Part shown: one piece after another, positions 54,124 to 61,206 of the stretch
How positions within the stretch are numbered: the first letter of the stretch is position 1
Layout of the letters: the number at the start of each line of letters is the position of its first letter
Virus record (IMG/VR): IMGVR_UViG_3300029136_000219
Coordinates: 56,475 to 120,474 of that record
Direction: 5' to 3' (one strand)
Length of the DNA stretch: 64,000 nt
Origin: a virus
Notes under the pieces: model-generated
The model's database searches: none
The model's input: only the letters and a program-made list of their open reading frames with translations
Told to the model about the DNA's origin: nothing
Made by a program: the position numbers and the translations under genes

Positions 54124-55419
54124 ATGGGAATTTTTAGTAAGAAAAATAATGATTTAGAGAATATAGAAAATACAGAAATCGTTACTCTGATAGAAGAAAA
54201 GAAAGAGAAAACGGAATCTCAGATTATAAATGAGATGCAAAAGGATTATTTATCTAAAAGAGAAAATCTTGGCGATTGGGATTTAGAGCCTAAAGATTTC
54301 GGACCGGTATGGAGTTATGTTGCAGATGAAAATGTCACAGATATTAACTTGAATATGGACGGTCACGATTTGTGGATTACTGATTTAAACAAGGGTAAAT
54401 ATCGAGTTGAACCGGAAACATTTAAACAAAAATGTGATGAATGGTTAGAAACACAGGATGCACTTGAATTTGGAAATACAGAGCAGCAGGATTCAAACAG
54501 TTTATTTGTAAAGCAATTCGTACACAGAGTTGGTAATAAGCAAAGTAGGCAATTTAATAAACAAAAACCGTTACTTGAAGCAGAAACAGGAAATCTTCGT
54601 ATATCGTGCGTTCATTCATCTGCGGCAGTATCCGGTATATCAATATGCATAAGAAAAACACCACCTGTAATGAGAATTACACCTAAAAAAGCATTAGAGC
54701 AAAAATATTTTACAGAAGATATTTTGTGTTTGCTAACCAATTGCGTTAAGGCAAAAATGAATTTTGTCTTTTGTGGTGAACCGGGTGTAGGTAAAACAGA
54801 ATGTGCAAAATTCTTTTCCCAATTTATTAATGCTGAGGATAGAGTTATTACAATCGAAGATAACCCTGAATTACACTACAGAGAAATTAATCCCGGCAAG
54901 GATTGTGTTGAATTGAAAGTATTTGAGCCTATGTTTACATACAGTACAGCTATTAAGGCTTGCCTTCGTCAAAACCCTCAATGGATTATGCTTTCTGAGG
55001 CACGTTCAACAGAAGTTAAATATCTTCTTGAATGTTGGTCAACCGGTGTATCAGGTTTTACTACACTTCATACTGATGATGTAAGAAAAATCCCAGACCG
55101 TATTCAAAACATGATGGGAGATAGCAGAGATGCCGAAAGACTTGAAAATGATATTTTTTCTTTCGTAAATATTGGAATACTACTTCGTAAAAAGAAGGAT
55201 GAAAACGGCAATACATATCGTTATATTGATCAAGTTTGCTTTTTTGATAGAAGTAATGGTAAAAACAATATTGTGATGATGGTTGAAAACGGACAGATGA
55301 TTAACAACAATGGAGAAAAACCAAAAATTCCTGACTATATTTTAAAGCGGTTAAGCTTTGTAGATATAACTGATCCTTATTCGGGATTAAACGAAATTTT
55401 GAAGGGAGAAAAAGATTAA
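54124..55419 (+). CDS. CpaF/TadA/VirB11-family secretion ATPase
   Basis: Walker A GEPGVGKT. Asp box RVITIEDNPEL. RQNPQWIMLSEARSTE (His-box region). Confidence 0.7.
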   Translation: MGIFSKKNNDLENIENTEIVTLIEEKKEKTESQIINEMQKDYLSKRENLGDWDLEPKDFGPVWSYVADENVTDINLNMDGHDLWITDLNKGKYRVEPETFKQKCDEWLETQDALEFGNTEQQDSNSLFVKQFVHRVGNKQSRQFNKQKPLLEAETGNLRISCVHSSAAVSGISICIRKTPPVMRITPKKALEQKYFTEDILCLLTNCVKAKMNFVFCGEPGVGKTECAKFFSQFINAEDRVITIEDNPELHYREINPGKDCVELKVFEPMFTYSTAIKACLRQNPQWIMLSEARSTEVKYLLECWSTGVSGFTTLHTDDVRKIPDRIQNMMGDSRDAERLENDIFSFVNIGILLRKKKDENGNTYRYIDQVCFFDRSNGKNNIVMMVENGQMINNNGEKPKIPDYILKRLSFVDITDPYSGLNEILKGEKD

Positions 55420-57275
55420 TGGATAAACGTGAAAAAATCGAAAAGAAAAAGGAACGTCTTGAAACTAAAATCAAAGATTGTGATGACCAAATTGCGGAAA
55501 TCGAAAAAGCAAAAGCTTTAAAAGCAAAAATTGAAAAGATGAAACAAGAGGAACGTCTTGAAAAAGCCGAACAGAAAAAATTAAAGCAATTGCAAAGAGA
55601 ATATGCAAGAGAGCAGGATAAAATCCGTAAGAAGAACGAACAGATTGCTCAAAAGAATAAAGTTGTTGAAAAACGTGAAGCTGAAAAAGAAACAAAGGTT
55701 AAAAAAGATTTCAACAAAAGAGAAAAGTATCTTAAATACGGCGTTGATCCTAATATAAAAACATTACCAAAAAAGAAAAAAGTAAATGTTTTTAAAATGC
55801 TTGATTACAATCAATTGCAGATGGAAGTAAATAAATACGGATATCATTATTCGTTTAAGAAAATTCTTATGCATTACCTTATTGCAGTTATTCTTGCTGT
55901 TGCAGTCGGTATGGTATTTAAACTCAAATTCTATCTTATCGGAGTCATTGTCCTTGCCGCAATTATCTTTACACCGTCAATAATTCTTACTTCTGTAAAA
56001 GGAATGTATGAAGGTAAACGATTTTATGACGTAGCAAATTATATTGAAACTCTCTTATATTCTTTCAGACGTAAGGAAAAAATCCTTGATGCACTTGAAG
56101 ATACATATACGTCATATGAAAAAGACAAAGGTAAAATGGGTGACTGTATTGCAAAGGCAATAAATCATATTAAATTTTCCAACTCTGTCGGTGATGTTTC
56201 AAAAGAAGCTTTATCAATCATTGAGGATGAATATGAACATAATGAAAGAATGGTTAATGTTCACAACTTCCTTATTGCTGTTGAAAATAACGGTGGTGAT
56301 GTTCGTAGACCGGTTGATTTACTTCTTAAAGAAAGAAATATGTGGGATGAAAGAAACCATTCGTTCCAGAAAGAAAAGACAACTGTAAGAAGAAATATTG
56401 CTATTTCAATTATATGCTCAGTTGGACTTTGTGTATTCCTTCTTTATATCCTTGGAACAGGACAAATGGCTGAACTTGATATTATTCACAATAATCTTGT
56501 TCAAATTACATCAACCGTTGCAATTATTGCAAGTATGGGTATGTATGTAATGGCTATAAACAAATTATCTCAGAGCTGGTTGGCTAAAAATACTAAATAC
56601 AGTGATTATCAGGTATTAAGAAACTACTTTAATGCAAAAGATTTTGACTTTGTTTCTGAAATGAAATCAAGCTTATTGTTTTCTATAATTGGTATATTAC
56701 TGATTGTCCTTGGTATTTCAAGAGGAATTAAAATTACGATTATTCTTGGTGCTGCACTGACAATTTTCTTTATTTGTGCACCTCTTATTGCTCATTCAAC
56801 AGCAAAGAAAGTAACAAACAAAGAAATTACAAAAGCGTTCCCTGAATGGCTTATGAACGTTGCACTTCTTATGCAACAAGATAATGTTCAGGTGGCTATT
56901 GCTAAGAGTGTTAATACTGCACCTGCAGTATTAAGACCTGATCTTACAAAACTTGTTAAAGATTTCTACAAAGAGCCTAACAGTATTAAGCCATACCAAA
57001 ACTTTTTATCGGATTTTGACTTTCCTGAAATTCAGGGTGCTATGTGTATGCTTTATTCAATAACCGAAACAGGTGACGATGCCGGTGGAGAGCAAATTAA
57101 CGACCTTATTGATAAACAAAATATTCTTATGGATAAGGCAGAAAGAACGGCAAATGAAGATACCATAGCAAGCTATTCGGCATATCAAATGATGCCTATG
57201 CTTATATGTATATTCAAAGCTCTCCTTGATATGACAGTCCTTGTAATGGGATTGATGTCATATATGAATAATTAA
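55419..57275 (+). CDS. GspF/TadB-TadC-like inner-membrane platform protein (fused, with N-terminal K/E coiled-coil)
   Basis: Start overlaps the upstream stop (TAATGG). Two blocks of 3-4 TM helices separated by a cytoplasmic domain. 618 aa. Confidence 0.5.
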   Translation: MDKREKIEKKKERLETKIKDCDDQIAEIEKAKALKAKIEKMKQEERLEKAEQKKLKQLQREYAREQDKIRKKNEQIAQKNKVVEKREAEKETKVKKDFNKREKYLKYGVDPNIKTLPKKKKVNVFKMLDYNQLQMEVNKYGYHYSFKKILMHYLIAVILAVAVGMVFKLKFYLIGVIVLAAIIFTPSIILTSVKGMYEGKRFYDVANYIETLLYSFRRKEKILDALEDTYTSYEKDKGKMGDCIAKAINHIKFSNSVGDVSKEALSIIEDEYEHNERMVNVHNFLIAVENNGGDVRRPVDLLLKERNMWDERNHSFQKEKTTVRRNIAISIICSVGLCVFLLYILGTGQMAELDIIHNNLVQITSTVAIIASMGMYVMAINKLSQSWLAKNTKYSDYQVLRNYFNAKDFDFVSEMKSSLLFSIIGILLIVLGISRGIKITIILGAALTIFFICAPLIAHSTAKKVTNKEITKAFPEWLMNVALLMQQDNVQVAIAKSVNTAPAVLRPDLTKLVKDFYKEPNSIKPYQNFLSDFDFPEIQGAMCMLYSITETGDDAGGEQINDLIDKQNILMDKAERTANEDTIASYSAYQMMPMLICIFKALLDMTVLVMGLMSYMNN

Positions 57276-57291
57276 TGTGAGGTAAACAACT

Positions 57292-57609
57292 ATGAGTAGT
57301 GTTATCAAATCTTATACTTCAATCATTTTTATCATTATTGCTTTTGTTGTGTCAATTGGTGTTATTTCAATGAGTGTTGATATTCAAAACGCAAGAAATT
57401 TTTATAGCACTGCTGTTACCGAAATCGAAAACAGTGATGCTAACGACAAAGTTATTGAAGCGTTACAAAATGATGCCAAGAAAAATAAGTACAAACTCAC
57501 AGTCACTAAAACAACCGGCGGTACAGCTAAAGTTGTTCTTGAATACAAATATTCCTTCAGATTTTTAAATATATCAAATAATCAAAAAATTGAAGGATAT
57601 GCCCGATAA
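57292..57609 (+). CDS. TadE-like pilus-assembly protein (N-terminal TM helix)
   Basis: AGGTAAACAAC RBS. SIIFIIIAFVVSIGVISM anchor. Confidence 0.4.
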   Translation: MSSVIKSYTSIIFIIIAFVVSIGVISMSVDIQNARNFYSTAVTEIENSDANDKVIEALQNDAKKNKYKLTVTKTTGGTAKVVLEYKYSFRFLNISNNQKIEGYAR

Positions 57610-57621
57610 GGAGGTAAAGCA

Positions 57622-57720
57622 ATGCGTTTAATTATTGAAGAATATGGACTTGCTGTTGTTTTTACTATCTTTATCGGGGGATTAATCGGCTTGCTTTTTA
57701 AATTAGTGACTCAATTGTAG
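57622..57720 (+). CDS. Flp-family pilin-like peptide (32 aa)
   Basis: AAGGAGG RBS. MRLIIEEYGLAVVFTIFIGGLIGLLFKL. Confidence 0.5.
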   Translation: MRLIIEEYGLAVVFTIFIGGLIGLLFKLVTQL

Positions 57721-57732
57721 GGGGGATTGTTT

Positions 57733-57876
57733 TTGAAAGATATATTTGAAGAATACGGAGATTTCATATTACAGATTATCGGAGGTTTTGCCGTATTGGG
57801 AATTGTATTCTCACTTTTTTCAAAAAACGGTTTGCTCAACGAAGCACTTGCCTCAGTCTTTAATTCTGTTACATAA
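57733..57876 (+). CDS. Flp-family pilin-like peptide (47 aa)
   Basis: TTG after AGGGGGG. LKDIFEEYGDFILQIIGGFAVLGIVFSLF. Confidence 0.5.
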   Translation: MKDIFEEYGDFILQIIGGFAVLGIVFSLFSKNGLLNEALASVFNSVT

Positions 57877-57889
57877 GGAGTGATTTGCT

Positions 57890-58093
57890 TTGAAAATAAT
57901 TTTTAGTGAATCTGGTAAAACAATTATTGCTATTTTGGTAGCACTAATAATGATTGGTACATTTGCTATGGGCGGTTTCTTTGCCGACTTGCTATCTGAT
58001 TATGGTAATAAAAATAATAATGTATCATATTCAGATAGTGATAAAGCTTTTGCCGATTATATTCCGGATGAAAGTACAACATCAAATACTTAA
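57890..58093 (+). CDS. Flp-like/pseudopilin-like peptide
   Basis: TTG after AAGGAG. MKIIFSESGKTIIAILVALIMIGTFAMGG. Confidence 0.45.
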   Translation: MKIIFSESGKTIIAILVALIMIGTFAMGGFFADLLSDYGNKNNNVSYSDSDKAFADYIPDESTTSNT

Positions 58094-58109
58094 TAGGGGG
58101 TAACTTAAA

Positions 58110-58757
58110 TTGAAAAACGCAATTATTTCGGTTGGACTTGTTATTATAATGATATTATCCTTATGTGGTATTCTCAGTGTTGTTACAAACATAACAAGGA
58201 CTAATGAATTGGAAGAAAATATTAATACAGCAACATATCAAACTATGGATAAATTCTTTATGGATACAACGGTTGAATCAAATCAAGAAAATGAAAATAG
58301 ATTTGTATCTGAATTTACGGCAAATTTAATGAATTTAATTGATAGCGATTCTGAAATCAATGTAAAAGTCGTTAAAATTGACCTCTCTAACGGCGTATTT
58401 CGTGTAAACGCTACAGAAAAATACAAAGGTATGTTTAAAATAAAAAAGTCAATTAAAGCTGACAGAACAATGATTTTGGACTTTGGTTCAAGTGATGTAT
58501 ATAAAAAGAATAATATTACTGTTACGTTCTATTGGGATAAGGATAAAGTTGTGAAAAAAATAAGAGCAACGGCAGGGGATAGCGTTTCGGCACCAAATGA
58601 ATACATTTATGTAGATAATGCTGATTATCTGATTCCTAATGGCTTTCATGATTTTAAAGGTTGGACCAAAAATAAAGAAACAAATGAACTTGTTGAATTT
58701 GAAGACGGAAAAGAAAGAGTAACCGAAGATACGGTTTACTATGCTGTATTTGAGTAA
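58110..58757 (+). CDS. TadE/TadG-like membrane-anchored protein
   Basis: TTG after AGGGGGG. N-terminal TM helix, then a beta-rich domain. Confidence 0.45.
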   Translation: MKNAIISVGLVIIMILSLCGILSVVTNITRTNELEENINTATYQTMDKFFMDTTVESNQENENRFVSEFTANLMNLIDSDSEINVKVVKIDLSNGVFRVNATEKYKGMFKIKKSIKADRTMILDFGSSDVYKKNNITVTFYWDKDKVVKKIRATAGDSVSAPNEYIYVDNADYLIPNGFHDFKGWTKNKETNELVEFEDGKERVTEDTVYYAVFE

Positions 58758-58761
58758 GAGC

Positions 58762-58792
58762 AAGGAGATGTCAAGATGGCATCTCCTTTTTT
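58762..58792 (+). terminator. rho-independent terminator
   Basis: GGAGATGtcaagatggCATCTCC, then a T run. Confidence 0.7.
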
Positions 58793-58908
58793 GACAAATA
58801 AATTGTATGATTACAATTATAATGTTGATAGACAAATATACAACAATTGTCGAATAATGTAGAAAAAACGTAAAAAATATTGTATTTTGGAAAGGTTTAT
58901 GGTAAATT

Positions 58909-59745
58909 ATGGATGTAAAGGTATATATATTTACACACGATGATAGCAAAAACAGGAGAATTAAATTGAATAACCCAATAGCAAAAATTAATAATGATTT
59001 ATTGAAAGATAATAAAAATGACGATTTTGAGAAGTTATACAAGCAATTATTTAATATCTTTGACAGCACTAATTTAACTGTTGATGAATTATGTGCTCTG
59101 CTTAATGAACGCCAAAATAGAGCATCACAAAAAAGCAATAATATTGACGAATCAAAATATTATGTAAAGAAAACAAGCGATATTGACAAGGTATCATTAT
59201 ATGCCAACTATGTTGTGGATTTATTTTCATATTTTAAAGATAAGAATGGCATAACTTTTAATTGTCCGGAAATTAAAATTCATAAGATGATTTTGATTTT
59301 ACAAATTGCTCAAGCTTATAATTACATAGATTTTTTCAATCTGAATTATCAAATCGAAATATGTCCTTGCGGATTTAAAATTCCTAATTTAGCTATACAT
59401 ACAGAAAAATTTGTTAATAATGACTGTTCTGATAAAGAAGTTGATTTTACCTTTGAGGAAAAATATTTATATATAGAAAATTCAGGATGTTTCAATAACA
59501 GCCTAATAACAAATGAAAACAAAAAGAAACTATTTGTATTGTTTAAAAACTTTGCTAATTCTAATCCGCTTGTGTTAGGACAATTCCTTGATACGATTAA
59601 AACAGATACAATGAAAGAGGAAATAGGTAAGAAAATATCTTCAAAAGATTTTGAAAAATTAGCTACCGATGGAAAAGAAAAAGTGAAAAATTTTAATGGC
59701 TTAAATGTATTTTCATTCTTTAAGGAATTGGAATCAACAAAGTAA
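58909..59745 (+). CDS. hypothetical protein
   Basis: 278-aa ORF. Confidence 0.55.
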   Translation: MDVKVYIFTHDDSKNRRIKLNNPIAKINNDLLKDNKNDDFEKLYKQLFNIFDSTNLTVDELCALLNERQNRASQKSNNIDESKYYVKKTSDIDKVSLYANYVVDLFSYFKDKNGITFNCPEIKIHKMILILQIAQAYNYIDFFNLNYQIEICPCGFKIPNLAIHTEKFVNNDCSDKEVDFTFEEKYLYIENSGCFNNSLITNENKKKLFVLFKNFANSNPLVLGQFLDTIKTDTMKEEIGKKISSKDFEKLATDGKEKVKNFNGLNVFSFFKELESTK

Positions 59746-59765
59746 CTAAAATTGGAAAAGAACTT

Positions 59766-61070
59766 ATGAGTAGGATTGATAATAAATATTTACAAAGTTT
59801 TATAGATATAATCAGTGAAGAAAACAGAGTCTTTTCGGTTTTAAATGACAATGATAAAACATTTTGTAAACGACTTTTTGAAAATTATAGTGAAGTACAG
59901 AAAATATCAAGTGGTGAAGATATTTTTTCTTTTCATTACATATATCTATTAGATGAATTAATAATAAACAAACTAAAATGTAACAATTCACTTTGCATAG
60001 ATGAATTTGAATGCAAATTGTCTGTTGATTATTACAAGTTGCTAAAAGATTATTCAAATACACTTGCTGAAAATAATATAAAAGAGCCAGATAAACCTGC
60101 GAATCCTTCAAATGATACACAGCCTTCAAACCAGACTGGTACAACAAAACCAAGTGAATATTCAGATATTTCAATGACAGAAGAAACTTTTGACTTGGAT
60201 AATATTCCTTGGGTATTGGAAACATTAAAATACATTGACATAAAGTGTGAAATGCTTTCTCATGCAAGTTCTTTAACAAATGTATATACCGATGATGCTG
60301 TATCTCAAAATTTAAAAAACTTAAATGAAGTAAATAAAAAAATCACTGATGTTAATGGCTATATTGATGAAATTGCCAATAATTCTGCTCAAAAGATCAC
60401 TGAAATTGAAAAACAATACAATACTCTCGATAATCAAATTAAATTACAGAAAAAATCGTACAAAAAACAAAATGAAAAGTTAAAGCATCAAGAACAAAAA
60501 GCAACAGAAAATTATATTACTATTTTAGGTATATTTGTTGCAATTGTAACAGTTTTAATTGCTGGTGTGTCATTCACCGGACTTGTTACTAAAGAATTGC
60601 TAATGGCAAACCCAATAAAATCCTTAATGTTTATTGGAATGATTAGTATTATTTTATATGATGCTTTGCTATCTTTATTTTACTATTTATCAAAATTAAC
60701 AGGCAAACCGATACATAATACAGATTATTGCAATTTTTGCTGTTCAAAAAACAGTTTAAAAAAATTGATTTGTCCGATTGCTCATAATTATAAATTTGCT
60801 TTTTGGTCAAATGTGATTCTTGGTTTATTTATGTTGTTTTTATTTAATCTTTATTTATTAACCAATAACCATATAAATATAGGCTTTACTTCAAATGGAA
60901 TTTCGTTTATGAATGTTTTTATTTCAATGTCAATTCCTGTGTTAATCATAATTTTGTTACTTATTTTTACAAGACCTTGCCAAGAACATATTGATGAATT
61001 AAATTCTTCAAAACAATCAAGTAAAATTCATGTTAAAAAAAGTGAAAAGTCAAATAAAAATGAACAATAG
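59766..61070 (+). CDS. membrane protein with coiled-coil and C-terminal multi-TM region
   Basis: 434-aa ORF. Five C-terminal TM helices. Confidence 0.55.
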   Translation: MSRIDNKYLQSFIDIISEENRVFSVLNDNDKTFCKRLFENYSEVQKISSGEDIFSFHYIYLLDELIINKLKCNNSLCIDEFECKLSVDYYKLLKDYSNTLAENNIKEPDKPANPSNDTQPSNQTGTTKPSEYSDISMTEETFDLDNIPWVLETLKYIDIKCEMLSHASSLTNVYTDDAVSQNLKNLNEVNKKITDVNGYIDEIANNSAQKITEIEKQYNTLDNQIKLQKKSYKKQNEKLKHQEQKATENYITILGIFVAIVTVLIAGVSFTGLVTKELLMANPIKSLMFIGMISIILYDALLSLFYYLSKLTGKPIHNTDYCNFCCSKNSLKKLICPIAHNYKFAFWSNVILGLFMLFLFNLYLLTNNHINIGFTSNGISFMNVFISMSIPVLIIILLLIFTRPCQEHIDELNSSKQSSKIHVKKSEKSNKNEQ

Positions 61071-61077
61071 ACCTTAA

Positions 61078-61106
61078 AAAGCAGCAGGAATTCTGCTGCT
61101 TTTTCT
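61078..61106 (+). terminator. rho-independent terminator
   Basis: GCAGCAGgaattCTGCTGC, then a T run. Confidence 0.7.
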
Positions 61107-61206
61107 TTCTTTTTTAATTGTAAAACATATGCGAACTTATTCATATCAACATTGACACTATGTACTCCGTGCGGTATAATTTAAGTATAGAAAGGAACGA
61201 AAAATT

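Noticed and set aside
55471-57568. ORFs 55471-55695 (-), 56191-56388 (+), 57374-57568 (+)
   Set aside because: Nested inside the platform-protein and TadE-like genes in alternative frames.
58488-60279. Long minus-strand ORFs 58488-59138, 59812-60279, 60050-60241
   Set aside because: Antisense to + strand genes in a uniformly + strand-coded region. Extremely Ile-, Phe- and Leu-rich, as expected for the reverse complement of AT-rich coding sequence.
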